From an uncultured Acidobacteriota bacterium (GTDB lineage: Bacteria > Acidobacteriota > JAQAZP01), in contig CAWIIB010000001.1 of the NCBI GenBank assembly GCA_963836075.1, forward strand, positions 1,664,001 through 1,728,000: DNA of 64,000 bases, read 5' to 3'. The position numbers and the translations under genes were made by a program. This document shows, in pieces, positions 1-9,833 of this stretch. How positions within the stretch are numbered: the stretch's first letter is position 1; each line of letters opens with the position of its first letter. The notes below the pieces were generated by a model. That model was not told where the DNA came from. It did no database searches and saw only the letters and a program-made list of their open reading frames with translations.

Positions 1-934
1 CCACTATCTCCTGGGTGTGGTTGCCATCCATCGCTACGATCTTGACCAGGCGCAGCAGCACTTCGGCCAGGTGGCCGGCAACCGCTACGCCGGCAACAGC
101 CGGGCGGTGAGCGACAGCATGGTGGTCAGTGCCATCATCCAGCAGTTTCGAGGGCATCCCGATGAGGCCGACCAGTGGCTGGAACAGGCCGAGGAGTTCG
201 CCCGGTGGACGGAGGATTCATCCCTGCTGGAAACGACCCTCTCGGGCAAGGCCAGGATCGCCCTGCTACGTGACGATCTCGACACGGCGGCCCGCTGGCA
301 GCGGGGATTCAGCATGCCGCCCCATGTGCCCGCGATGATCTTCTTCCCCACCAATTCCTCTGTTACGGAGTGCCGGGTCCTGCTGGCCCTGGGCACCGAT
401 TCAAGGCTGGCGGAAGCGGTGGAAAAGCTTGACTACCTGCGGCAGGAGACCTCGTCGCTGCACAACAGCTGCCAGGCCATCGACATCATCGCCCTCCAGG
501 CACTGGCCGCTCACCGGCAGGGCCGGGAAGACAAGGCTCTGGACCTGCTGGAACAGGCCCTGGCCCTTGCCGAGCCGGGCGAGTGGGTTCGCCCCTTCGT
601 GGAACCGGGCCCTCCCATGGTGGCCCTGCTGCAGCTGCTGCTCAAGCAGGACCGTTCGGCGCAGCAGATCAGAAAGATCCTGGCGCTGTTGAGAAAAGGG
701 GAATCCGGCCGGCCGAGACCGCAGCCACTGATCGAGCCGCTCACCACCCGGGAGCTGGATGTCCTCGACCTGCTCACCAAACGACTGCGAAACAAGGAGA
801 TATCCGAAAAACTGCACATCTCCCCCGTCACCGTGAAATCCCACCTGCGGACGATCTATCAAAAGCTCGGCGTGTCCAGACGCCGGGAAGCGGTTGAACG
901 GGCCGCAGAGCTGGGAATCGTGGACCACCACTGA
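1..934 (+). CDS. MalT-like LuxR-family transcriptional regulator, 5' truncated by window edge
   Basis: TPR-like helical region with ALALAEPGEWVRPF, then C-terminal LuxR HTH (PLTTRELDVL...NKEISEKLHISPVTVKSHLRTIYQKLGV). Confidence 0.9.
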   Translation, partial: HYLLGVVAIHRYDLDQAQQHFGQVAGNRYAGNSRAVSDSMVVSAIIQQFRGHPDEADQWLEQAEEFARWTEDSSLLETTLSGKARIALLRDDLDTAARWQRGFSMPPHVPAMIFFPTNSSVTECRVLLALGTDSRLAEAVEKLDYLRQETSSLHNSCQAIDIIALQALAAHRQGREDKALDLLEQALALAEPGEWVRPFVEPGPPMVALLQLLLKQDRSAQQIRKILALLRKGESGRPRPQPLIEPLTTRELDVLDLLTKRLRNKEISEKLHISPVTVKSHLRTIYQKLGVSRRREAVERAAELGIVDHH

Positions 935-987
935 CCCGACAATTCTCCCGACCCTGTACGGCGTCCATATTAAGATCCAATCCGAAG

Positions 988-1054
988 TACATCCCCTCTA
1001 CGCCCTTTTTACGCCTTTTTGGCTGATGCACCACCATGCCACCGCGGATAGAGT
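988..1054 (+). promoter_or_regulatory. Putative activator-dependent promoter with three 11-bp tandem repeats
   Basis: TACATCCCCTC/TACGCCCTTTT/TACGCCTTTTT (988-1020), then ATGCAC-N17-TAGAGT; same geometry as the promoters at 4001, 6677 and 18772. Confidence 0.55.
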
Positions 1055-1117
1055 GCATGAGTCAAGATTTCATCCACCAGCCAATATGAAATGAGCTGAA
1101 AAGACAGGGCATGAACC

Positions 1118-1390
1118 ATGATGGATCAATCCACGAAAAAACATCTGGATTCCTGGTCGCCGGCAACCTATCGTATCGAGGTCGAAGGCTTCCTGGAGGG
1201 AAGCTGGTCGGACCGCTTTGCGGGGATGCGGATCCGCTGGCGGAAACGGGAGGACAACTCCGTCATCACCCGGCTCACCGGGCGACTGAGGGATCAAGCC
1301 GAGCTGAGCGGTGTTCTCAACGGCCTCACCGAACTGCACCTTTCCATTCTGACGGTGGAAAGGATCGGCGAAGACGACAAGGGGAGTTGA
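1118..1390 (+). CDS. Small conserved protein of the type found beside MalT-like LuxR regulators (copy 1)
   Basis: YRIEVEGFL..SWSDRF...TRLTGRLRDQAELSGVLNGL.ELHL.ILTV; paralogue at 18937. Confidence 0.8.
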   Translation: MMDQSTKKHLDSWSPATYRIEVEGFLEGSWSDRFAGMRIRWRKREDNSVITRLTGRLRDQAELSGVLNGLTELHLSILTVERIGEDDKGS

Positions 1391-1464
1391 GCCTGTGGGC
1401 AACTCCGGAATTGAAACAGAGGGAACAAAGAATTGAATCGATCAATGAAAGGGAGGGTCTGACC

Positions 1465-3834
1465 ATGAGTCACAAGAATCAGAGAAACGTCATTCTGGGG
1501 TGTCTGTTGCTCCTGCTGGGTATCTCATCTGCAGGGATTGCCCTGGAACTGGACCGCACCGTCCTGCCGATCCAGCCGCCGTATCGCGAGCCCATCACGG
1601 TGTTCGACGCCCGGGACGCCGAGAAGCCCCCGAGGTTCACGGTCACGCCTCCGGAAGGCGCCCCGAACGTCGTCATCGTGCTGATCGATGACATCGGCTT
1701 CGGTGCAGTAAACAGCTTCGGCGGCGGCATCCAAACCCCGACCTTTGATCGCCTGGCCGACAATGGCCTGCGCTTCAACCACTTCCACACCACGGCCCTC
1801 TGCTCGCCGACGCGCTCGGCACTGCTGTCCGGCCGGAACCACCACCAGGTCAATGTCGGCTGTGTGATGGAGATCGCCACCGGCTTCCCCGGCAACCAGG
1901 GCGAGCGCAGCACCCGAGGTCAGTACTTCGCCGAGACCCTGCGCCTCAACGGCTACAGCACGGCGGCGTTCGGCAAGTGGCACGAGACGGCCACCTGGGA
2001 AGTCTCCGTGTCCGGCCCCTACGATCGCTGGCCGACGAACTCGGGCTTCGACAGGTTCTACGGTTTCATCGGTGGCGAGACCAACCAGTGGGACCCGGTG
2101 ATCTTCGACGGTGTGACCACGGTCCCGAAGAAGGACGACCCCGACTATCACTTCACCTCGGACATGACCAATGAGGCAATCCAGTGGATGAAGTTCCAGC
2201 AGGCGATGACGCCGGACAAGCCGTTCTTCGTCTACTTCGCGCCTGGTGCGGTGCACGCCCCGCACCACGCCCCGAAGGAGTTCATCGAGAAGTACAAGGG
2301 CAAGTTCGACGGCGGCTGGCTGAAGTACCGCGAGGAGGCCTTCGCTCGCCAGAAGGAGATGGGCATCATTCCCCAGAACACCAAGCTGGCGCCCATGCCC
2401 GACGACATCCCGGACTGGGAGACGCTGAGCGACAACGAGAAGGCACTCTTCGCCCTGCAGATGGAAGCCTTCGCCGGCTTCATGGAGCACACGGACGTCG
2501 AGATCGGCCGGATGGTGGACGCCATCGACGATATGGGCGCTCTGGACAACACGCTGTTCATCTACATCATGGGCGACAACGGCTCGAGCGGCGAAGGCGG
2601 CCTGACCGGCACCTACAACGAGCTGGTGCACCTCAACGGAATCTTCGACGCCGAGACCACCGAGAGCATGTTGGAGCGCGCGGACGACTGGGGTGGCCCC
2701 AACTCCTTCCCGCACTTCTCCTCGGCCTGGGCGGTGGCCACCGACGTGCCGTTCACCTGGACCAAGCAGATGGCCGCGGACTACGGCGGTACCCGCAACC
2801 CGATGGTCATGCACTGGCCGACGGGCATCAAGGCCAAGGGTGAGATTCGCCAGCAGTGGCATCACGTCAATGACGTGGCCGCCACCGTGCTCGAGGCGGC
2901 CAAGCTCCCTCAGCCCAGGGTGGTGAATGGCGTCCCGCAGATACCGTTGGAGGGCGTGAGCATGCTCTACGCCGCGCGTGACGCCGACGCGTTCAACCGT
3001 CGCCACACCCAGTACTTCGAGATCTTCGCCAACCGCGCGATCTATCACGATGGCTGGCTGGCGCGTGTGGTGCACCGCGTCCCCTGGGAGAACCTGCCGA
3101 TCAACAAGCTCCAGGACGACGTTTGGGAGCTCTACCATGCGCAGGAGGACTTCAGCCTGACCAATGACCTGGCAAGCGAGTATCCGCGACGGCTCGCCGC
3201 GATGAAGGACCTGTTCGAACGGGAAGCCATCCGCAACAGCGTCTATCCGCTTGACGACCGCTCGTACGAGCGCTTCAACGCCGCCATCGCCGGACGGCCC
3301 GACCTGATGGGCGACCGGACCAGCCTGACCCTCGCCCAGGGAATGACCGGCATCCTGGAGAACTGCTTCATCAACGAGAAGAACACCTCCAAGACGGTCA
3401 CCGCCAAGGTCAAGCTCGAGGGCAACGACCGGGGCGTCATTCTCTGTCAGGGTGGCAAGTTCGGCGGCTGGGCTCTGTACATGGATCAGGGCAAGCCGGC
3501 CTACACCTACAACTGGTTCGGCCTGCATAGCTACACCGTGGCCGCCACCGAGGCCATCAGTGGCGACCAGGCGGAGATCAAGTTGCAGTTCGACTACGAC
3601 GAGGCCGGAGAAGGCACCGGCAAGGGCGGCCAGGCGACCCTCTACGTGAACGGCGAGCAGGTCGCCCAGGGCCGCATCGAGAAGACTCAGCCAGCGCTCT
3701 ACTCCGCGGACGAGACAGCGGATGTCGGCGTGGACGAGTCGACGCCGGTCGCCGACAAGGTCTTCAAGGACGTCGAGGACTCCGAGTTCACGGGATACGT
3801 GAAAGAGGTTACGATCAGCATTCCCAAAAGATAA
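1465..3834 (+). CDS. Secreted arylsulfatase, Cys-type, with C-terminal extension
   Basis: RBS GGAGG then ATG 1465; signal peptide; PNVVIVLIDDIG, CSPTRSALLSGR, GKWH, GDNG motifs. Confidence 0.95.
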   Translation: MSHKNQRNVILGCLLLLLGISSAGIALELDRTVLPIQPPYREPITVFDARDAEKPPRFTVTPPEGAPNVVIVLIDDIGFGAVNSFGGGIQTPTFDRLADNGLRFNHFHTTALCSPTRSALLSGRNHHQVNVGCVMEIATGFPGNQGERSTRGQYFAETLRLNGYSTAAFGKWHETATWEVSVSGPYDRWPTNSGFDRFYGFIGGETNQWDPVIFDGVTTVPKKDDPDYHFTSDMTNEAIQWMKFQQAMTPDKPFFVYFAPGAVHAPHHAPKEFIEKYKGKFDGGWLKYREEAFARQKEMGIIPQNTKLAPMPDDIPDWETLSDNEKALFALQMEAFAGFMEHTDVEIGRMVDAIDDMGALDNTLFIYIMGDNGSSGEGGLTGTYNELVHLNGIFDAETTESMLERADDWGGPNSFPHFSSAWAVATDVPFTWTKQMAADYGGTRNPMVMHWPTGIKAKGEIRQQWHHVNDVAATVLEAAKLPQPRVVNGVPQIPLEGVSMLYAARDADAFNRRHTQYFEIFANRAIYHDGWLARVVHRVPWENLPINKLQDDVWELYHAQEDFSLTNDLASEYPRRLAAMKDLFEREAIRNSVYPLDDRSYERFNAAIAGRPDLMGDRTSLTLAQGMTGILENCFINEKNTSKTVTAKVKLEGNDRGVILCQGGKFGGWALYMDQGKPAYTYNWFGLHSYTVAATEAISGDQAEIKLQFDYDEAGEGTGKGGQATLYVNGEQVAQGRIEKTQPALYSADETADVGVDESTPVADKVFKDVEDSEFTGYVKEVTISIPKR

Positions 3835-3849
3835 GCAGCAAGGGTCAGC

Positions 3850-3880
3850 GCACCGGGGGCATGTGCCATGCCCCCGGTGC
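3850..3880 (+). terminator. GC-rich stem-loop after the sulfatase
   Basis: GCACCGGGGGCATG/CATGCCCCCGGTGC inverted repeat; no U-tract. Confidence 0.5.
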
Positions 3881-3968
3881 AACGGAAGAACCGGCATGAA
3901 ACTCGTTCGCCAAACCTGGTTTGCTCTGGCTCTGGTTGTACTGGTCACCGGCACACCTCTCCCCACCA

Positions 3969-3996
3969 CGCAAATCCCCCATTCGGGGGATTTGCG
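3969..3996. repeat. Perfect 12-bp inverted repeat (terminator or operator)
   Basis: CGCAAATCCCCC-ATTC-GGGGGATTTGCG followed by TTTG, immediately before the repeat promoter. Confidence 0.6.
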
Positions 3997-4000
3997 TTTG

Positions 4001-4057
4001 TACCACCCGATTTTCCACCCCCGGGTCATTTACTTCTGAAGACGATCCACATAGACT
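4001..4057 (+). promoter_or_regulatory. Tandem-repeat promoter upstream of the MscS gene
   Basis: TACCACCCGATT/TTCCACCCCCGG then TTTACT-N17-TAGACT. Confidence 0.65.
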
Positions 4058-4121
4058 GAGAATCATCAGGATTATTCCATTTTTCGCGCTACCACATCCG
4101 AATCGATGGAAGCTCCATATT

Positions 4122-6608
4122 ATGTACAACTTGAAATTTCTCCACATCACCGGCGCCCTGCTCTTCGCCCTCCTTCTGCTGCCATTGGCCGCGGCGGAAT
4201 CCCCTCTCCAGGCACAGTCGGGGCAGAAGCCCGCCGGCTCGGCGGACCCGTCGGGATCGCCGGAAAGCCAGCAGGGTGATGCCGTTGCAGAGGAAGCGCT
4301 CCCCGATCTCCCGGAACTGGCTGAGATCATTCCCCTGACCAGCGAGCTGTCCGGACGCCTGGTGGTCCTGCAGAACAAGCTGGAGGGACTACTGGACAGC
4401 GCGGCCGTCGAAGCCGGCTTTGCCGAGATCGAGAAAGATCTGGCAGAGCCCGTGGCCCAGTTGGACCAGCTGAAAAAAACGGCCAGCTTCAGGCTGAGCA
4501 GGCTCGAGGACTTGCGGGGCATAGTCCGGGGGAAGAAAACAGCTTTCGAGGCCACCAGCAAGCCGCTGAACGATGCCATCGACCAACTGGGCGCGTACCG
4601 GGAAGAGTGGCTGGAGGAGAGAAAGACCTGGAGCAGGTGGCAATCCAACCTGGTCACAGAGGATGATCTGGATCAGTTCAAATCGACATTCAACAAGGCC
4701 AATACAACCATCGACAAAGCTGTTGACCTGGTAACCTCCAGGCTCGACACACTGCTGAAGATCCAGGAGCAGGCCGGAGAGAGCCACATCAGGATCATCT
4801 CGCTGGAGGCGGAGCTGGACGGCCTGATCGCCCGGGAGGAGGCGGACGCCCTGGCCAACGCCTCGCCCCCAATGTTCTCGAATCAGTTCGTCTCGCAGTT
4901 CGACAATGAGCTGTACGATGCCGTGGTCGGCGGGGTGGCAGGGATCTCGTGGCCGGATAAACCGTTCCTGCTGTCCCAGATATGGACTCTGCTCTGGCTG
5001 GGACTGCTGCTCTTCTTCACCTCGAGGACGATCAACAGAAACCGGCAGGTCTTGAATGAATCGAAGAATGGTTCGTTCCTGGCCTCCCGGCCCTATTCCA
5101 CGGCCCTTTTCCTGGTGGCCTTGCTCTGGATACTGATCAACGAATTCCAACGGGTTCCAGCGACCTGGAAACTGGCCGCCGAGATCGTCCTGGGTATCGC
5201 CTTTCTCCGGCTGGCACTGAAGGCGCTTAATATAGCCTGGGTGCGGCAGTTCGTACTCTGGCTCTTACTTGTTTTGATCGCCGACAGGGTGATGGACACC
5301 ATCAACCTGCCGTTGCCGCTGTACCGGCTCTGCCTGCTGGCCATGACGCTGGCCGGCATCTTCTTTTTTCTCCGCTGGTCCAGGGCCTCCGACCAGCTGG
5401 GTCAGCCGAAGTACTTCGCCAAAGCGCTCCGGCTGGTCTCCCTGCTGCTGGCAGCGGTCCTGGTGGCGGAGATCCGGGGCAAAGAGGCCATGGCCATCTA
5501 CCTCTTCTTCTCCACCCTCGATTCCGCGGCCACCATCCTGATCTTCGTCATGTTGATGCATATCGTCCACGCCGCCATCGAATCGGCTCTGCGCAGCATT
5601 CCGAAGGGCCGGCTGCCCCTCTTCCCCCGGGAAGACATCGCTGCCGACACCCGCCACCTGGCACACATGGTCAATGCCCTCATCGCCGCGTCTCTCCTCT
5701 TCCCGGCCATTCTGATGTGCTGGGGGGTCTACAACAATCTGGCCGAGGCGATACGAGGCATCCTTGATTTCGGGTTCACCGTGGGGTCGAAGCAAATCAG
5801 CGTGGGCCTGCTGATGGTTGCGGCCGCCATCCTCTACGGCACCTTTTTCACCTCCTGGATCCTGCAAAAACTGATGCTCAGCGAGGTGCGGGTCAAGCAC
5901 CACCTGGCGTTGGGCGCACGCTATTCCATCGCGCGGCTGCTGCACTACGTGATCATCTGCGCCGGGTTCCTCATCGCCCTGTCAACGCTCGGCGTCGAGA
6001 TCACCAAGATTACCATCATGCTCAGCGCTCTCGGTGTGGGCATCGGATTCGGCCTGCAGAGCGTGGTGCACAATTTCGTCAGCGGGCTGATCCTTCTCTT
6101 CGAGCAGCCGGTGAGGGTGGGCGACGCCATCGAACTCGACGGCACCTGGTCGGTGATCAAGAGTATCGGCCTGCGGGCCACCACGGTTCAGACCTATGAG
6201 CTGGCCGACGTGATCATCCCCAACTCCCAGCTGATCAGCAGCCAGGTGGTTAACTGGACACTGAGCAACCGCAACGTGCGGCTCTCCATCCCGGTTGGCG
6301 CGGCCTACGGATCCGACGTGACCCGGGTGATGGAGACGCTGATCGCCTGCGCCAGTGATCATCCCCAGTTGATGAAATCCCGCGAACCACAGGTACTCTT
6401 CCAGCAGTTCGGGGATAGCGCTCTCAATTTCGAGCTGCGGGTATGGGTCATAGACGTTGACAACAAGTTGCGGGTGCGCAGCGAACTGCTGCAGAAGATC
6501 GATCAGAGTTTCCGTGATGCCGGGATCGAGATCGCCTTCCCCCAACTGGACCTGCACCTGAGAAGTGTCGATGAATCCATAGACATCGTCCCGCCTGTGC
6601 CTGAGTAA
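4122..6608 (+). CDS. Large MscS-family mechanosensitive channel (MscK-like architecture)
   Basis: Signal peptide, coiled-coil periplasmic region, many TM helices, GVGIGFGLQ..NFVSGLILLFEQPVRVGD, IGLRAT, IPNS, AFPQLDLH. Confidence 0.93.
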   Translation: MYNLKFLHITGALLFALLLLPLAAAESPLQAQSGQKPAGSADPSGSPESQQGDAVAEEALPDLPELAEIIPLTSELSGRLVVLQNKLEGLLDSAAVEAGFAEIEKDLAEPVAQLDQLKKTASFRLSRLEDLRGIVRGKKTAFEATSKPLNDAIDQLGAYREEWLEERKTWSRWQSNLVTEDDLDQFKSTFNKANTTIDKAVDLVTSRLDTLLKIQEQAGESHIRIISLEAELDGLIAREEADALANASPPMFSNQFVSQFDNELYDAVVGGVAGISWPDKPFLLSQIWTLLWLGLLLFFTSRTINRNRQVLNESKNGSFLASRPYSTALFLVALLWILINEFQRVPATWKLAAEIVLGIAFLRLALKALNIAWVRQFVLWLLLVLIADRVMDTINLPLPLYRLCLLAMTLAGIFFFLRWSRASDQLGQPKYFAKALRLVSLLLAAVLVAEIRGKEAMAIYLFFSTLDSAATILIFVMLMHIVHAAIESALRSIPKGRLPLFPREDIAADTRHLAHMVNALIAASLLFPAILMCWGVYNNLAEAIRGILDFGFTVGSKQISVGLLMVAAAILYGTFFTSWILQKLMLSEVRVKHHLALGARYSIARLLHYVIICAGFLIALSTLGVEITKITIMLSALGVGIGFGLQSVVHNFVSGLILLFEQPVRVGDAIELDGTWSVIKSIGLRATTVQTYELADVIIPNSQLISSQVVNWTLSNRNVRLSIPVGAAYGSDVTRVMETLIACASDHPQLMKSREPQVLFQQFGDSALNFELRVWVIDVDNKLRVRSELLQKIDQSFRDAGIEIAFPQLDLHLRSVDESIDIVPPVPE

Positions 6609-6676
6609 TATCTCCTTTATTTTGCAAGCGCTTACAGATCACATCACCCTCCCCTCCCCCACCCCCCCCTTTCGGG

Positions 6677-6760
6677 TAACCCCCGATTTACCACTCCAAA
6701 TACCACCCTTGGGTAATTTACAGATGCCTTGCGAGAGATCTAGATTCACTATATTCAAGT
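6677..6760 (+). promoter_or_regulatory. Tandem-repeat promoter upstream of the amidohydrolase operon
   Basis: 12-bp repeats TAACCCCCGATT/TACCACTCCAAA/TACCACCCTTGG then TTTACA-N18-TAGATT; closely matches 18772-18855. Confidence 0.75.
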
Positions 6761-6883
6761 AGTTCTTTATTTTTATCCAACCGGAAATGGCGGCCAGCCA
6801 CATTGCTGGAGGGTCCCTTGAGGAATATGACCCCTCCTCCGGGCACAGGAGAACACGACCAACACCAGAAAGGATCAGAGACA

Positions 6884-8404
6884 ATGAATACCACTGAACT
6901 ATACGATGTGGTCCTGGCCAACGGCCGGGTCATCGATCCGGAAACCTATCTCGATGGGACATTTAATGTCGGGATCAACGGCGGAAAGATTGCCGCCATC
7001 TCAGATCAGCCCCTCGAGGGCAAGGAAATCATCGACGTCTCGGGCATGATCGTCTCGCCCGGTTTCATCGACCTCCATTCTCACGGGGTGAATATCGCCA
7101 GCAACCGAATCCAGGCCTTTGACGGCGTCACAAGTGCCCTGGAACTGGAAGGCGGTATTCTTCCAATCGGGGAATTCTACGATAACTGCGCGAAAGAAGG
7201 CCGGCCGATCAACTACGGCGCCTCAGCCGGCTGGGCCTCGGCCCGGCTGGTCACGATCAATCCGGACCAGGCCGTGAATGGCAAGCCCGAGCCCAATGCC
7301 GTTCCGTATGTCTTCAACAGATTCTACATCAAGGAATTCACTCAGAATGTCGCCACCGAGGCTCAGGTGGACAAGATCATCGAATGGACCGAGCAGGGGC
7401 TCAAGGAAGGGGGGATCGGCATCGGTGTGCTGCATGCCTACCTGCCGGGCGCGGGTTCCAAAGAACTCATGCGCGTGTGGGAACTGGCTGCGAAGTACAA
7501 CGTGCCCACCTACACCCATATCCAGAATGTCTCCATGCTGGATCCCAAGAGCGGCGTTGCCAGTATGCTGCAACTAGCTGGCCTCGCCGCAGCGACCGGG
7601 GCCCACACCCACGTATGCCATATGAACAGTGTTGGACTTCGGGATATCGATAAGTTCGTTGCTGTCGTGCGAAATGCACAGAAACAGGGCGTTAAGATGA
7701 CGACCGAGGCCTACACCTACGGTGCAGGAAACTCGGCGATTGCCGCTGCGGAATTCAATCCGGATGACGTCGAAATGAGGATGGGAGTCCACTTCAACGA
7801 CTTCACCCTGGTGAAAACGAATACGGCCTTCAAGAACAAAGAGGAGTTTGTGAAGGATATGAAGGCCAGTCCCGGAGACGCCGTCATCGTCCACTTCCTG
7901 GATGAAGACAATAACCCCCATGACGCCAGTCTGCTGGATATGTCGGTGCTTTATCCGGGCGGGGCCGTCGTCACCGATGCGATCCCCTTCACCGACGAGA
8001 AAGGGACATGGTTCTTGGGCGATGAATGGCCCCTCCCCAAGGGACTGCAGAGCCACCCTCGCGCTGCAGGGAACTACTGCCACTTCCTGAGGAGATGGGT
8101 CCGGGAGCGTGGAGTTTTGAGTTGGATGGATGCCATCAGGAAATGCTCCTTGATCCCCGCCCAGATCATCGAAGATGCCGCACCGATGACGAAAAAGAAG
8201 GGGCGCCTTCAAGAAGGCTGTGATGCCGACATCATCGTCTTCGACCCGAAGACCGTTGCGGACAAGGCCACCTTCAAGGAGCCCTGTCAGCTATCCGAAG
8301 GCATGAAGCACGTGATGGTCAACGGCACCTTCCTCATCCGCGACTCGGAGCTCGATACCAAGGCCATGCCGGGACAGGCCGTCCGTGGAACGATCAGGGG
8401 TTAA
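6884..8404 (+). CDS. N-acyl-D-amino-acid (D-glutamate) deacylase-like amidohydrolase
   Basis: NGRVIDPE, PGFIDLHSH, HPRAAG, KGRLQEGCDADIIVFDP motifs. Confidence 0.88.
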   Translation: MNTTELYDVVLANGRVIDPETYLDGTFNVGINGGKIAAISDQPLEGKEIIDVSGMIVSPGFIDLHSHGVNIASNRIQAFDGVTSALELEGGILPIGEFYDNCAKEGRPINYGASAGWASARLVTINPDQAVNGKPEPNAVPYVFNRFYIKEFTQNVATEAQVDKIIEWTEQGLKEGGIGIGVLHAYLPGAGSKELMRVWELAAKYNVPTYTHIQNVSMLDPKSGVASMLQLAGLAAATGAHTHVCHMNSVGLRDIDKFVAVVRNAQKQGVKMTTEAYTYGAGNSAIAAAEFNPDDVEMRMGVHFNDFTLVKTNTAFKNKEEFVKDMKASPGDAVIVHFLDEDNNPHDASLLDMSVLYPGGAVVTDAIPFTDEKGTWFLGDEWPLPKGLQSHPRAAGNYCHFLRRWVRERGVLSWMDAIRKCSLIPAQIIEDAAPMTKKKGRLQEGCDADIIVFDPKTVADKATFKEPCQLSEGMKHVMVNGTFLIRDSELDTKAMPGQAVRGTIRG

Positions 8405-8432
8405 AAATAAGTAGAAATATGGAGGTAGAAAA

Positions 8433-9755
8433 ATGGGTAACAGACATCCGAATCCACATTCCTTCAACAAGGGTCCCCATGCGGGGGAAAAGAACGAGCA
8501 CCGAACACTGATTAAGAACATCAGCATCTTCAACGGGAAATCGAAAACCCTGACCAAAAAAAAGGATGTCGTCCTGCTGGACAACACCATCGAGAAGATC
8601 ATCCCGGCAGGCAGCAAGGAGAACGCCTATGGGCATGTCATCGATGGCAAGGGTGGATACCTTTCACCGGGCCTGATCGACAACCATCTGCATCTCATGA
8701 TGGGCGTGTCACAGGCGGAGTTTTTCAATGGCCCCTTCCAGTATGTAACCTGTATGGCTGTACGTGAGGCGGAAGATATGCTCATGCGCGGGGTTACTAC
8801 CTGCCGTGATGTGGGCGGCAACATTTTTGGATTGAGGAAAGCAGTCAACAGTGGGCTCCTGCCCGGCCCCAGGATCTATGGTTCAGGCAGCTTGATTGCG
8901 CAGTATTCGGGCCATGTGGATTTCCGCAACCCCAACGACATGCCCAAGGAATGGGGTGGCCCCATTAGTACCGTGGAGCGTTCTGAAATGAATTGCGGTC
9001 TCCTGGCCACCGGTGTCGACCAGGTGATGGCTGCGGCGCGTCATAATCTCTACCTTGGCGCTGATTTTATCAAGATCGCCAACGGTGGGGGCGTCTCATC
9101 TTTTACCGATCCGCTTTATGTGAATGAGTTCTTCGAGGAAGAAACCAGAGCCGCGGTAAGGGTAGCTGAAGACTACGGCACCTATGTGGCAACCCATGTG
9201 TTTAATCCTGTCGGTATCAAAAGAGCACTCAATGCAGGGGTCAAGACCATTGAGCATGGCCACCTCATCGATGAAGAAGCCATGGAATTGCTGGCAGAAA
9301 AAGAGGCCATCCTTTCCCCACAGGTATACGTGATGGCGATGCTGAAGCCCATCTATACCGATCCAGTCCGCGCCGGCAAACTGAAGCAAGCCCTTGATGG
9401 TATGGACAATATGTTCAAGCTGGCCAAGAAGTACAAGGTCAAGATGGTGTACGGCACCGACCTGCTCTTTGATTACGAAGGAAGGAAGGACCAGCTCAAG
9501 GACCTCACGCTAAGAAAGCCCTGGTTCACCTCTGCGGAAATCATGATCCAGGCCACCGGAAACGCCGCGGATTGTGTAGCACTGTGCGGCAAGCGAAATA
9601 TATACGGAAAACTCGGTGTGATAGAGAAAGGCGCCATGGCTGACGTGTTGATTTACGACAAGAACCCCATTGAAGACGTGGCGATTGTGGAAGACCATGA
9701 AGACCACCTGAAACTCATTGTCAAGGACGGCAAGGTCTACAAGAACACGCTGTAA
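8433..9755 (+). CDS. Metal-dependent amidohydrolase (Xaa-Pro dipeptidase-like)
   Basis: PGLIDNHLH, GVTTCRDVGG, IKIANGGGVSS, TIEHG, GTD, GAMAD motifs. Confidence 0.9.
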   Translation: MGNRHPNPHSFNKGPHAGEKNEHRTLIKNISIFNGKSKTLTKKKDVVLLDNTIEKIIPAGSKENAYGHVIDGKGGYLSPGLIDNHLHLMMGVSQAEFFNGPFQYVTCMAVREAEDMLMRGVTTCRDVGGNIFGLRKAVNSGLLPGPRIYGSGSLIAQYSGHVDFRNPNDMPKEWGGPISTVERSEMNCGLLATGVDQVMAAARHNLYLGADFIKIANGGGVSSFTDPLYVNEFFEEETRAAVRVAEDYGTYVATHVFNPVGIKRALNAGVKTIEHGHLIDEEAMELLAEKEAILSPQVYVMAMLKPIYTDPVRAGKLKQALDGMDNMFKLAKKYKVKMVYGTDLLFDYEGRKDQLKDLTLRKPWFTSAEIMIQATGNAADCVALCGKRNIYGKLGVIEKGAMADVLIYDKNPIEDVAIVEDHEDHLKLIVKDGKVYKNTL

Positions 9756-9833
9756 ACGATACCAGGATCGTCCGATATCACCGCAGCATGAAAGCCGCAT
9801 CAAGAGCGGTCTTCAGGCACTGCCTGGGAACCA

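Noticed and set aside
1111-1464. N-terminal extension of the 907-aa sulfatase ORF
   Set aside because: It overlaps the real small gene at 1118-1390; RBS and signal peptide point to ATG 1465
1525-4029. Long antisense ORFs (also 19999-21510, 34103-35755, 44776-46101, 46446-48029, 54466-55728, 58459-59862)
   Set aside because: Shadow ORFs of high-GC genes on the opposite strand, with no recognisable motifs
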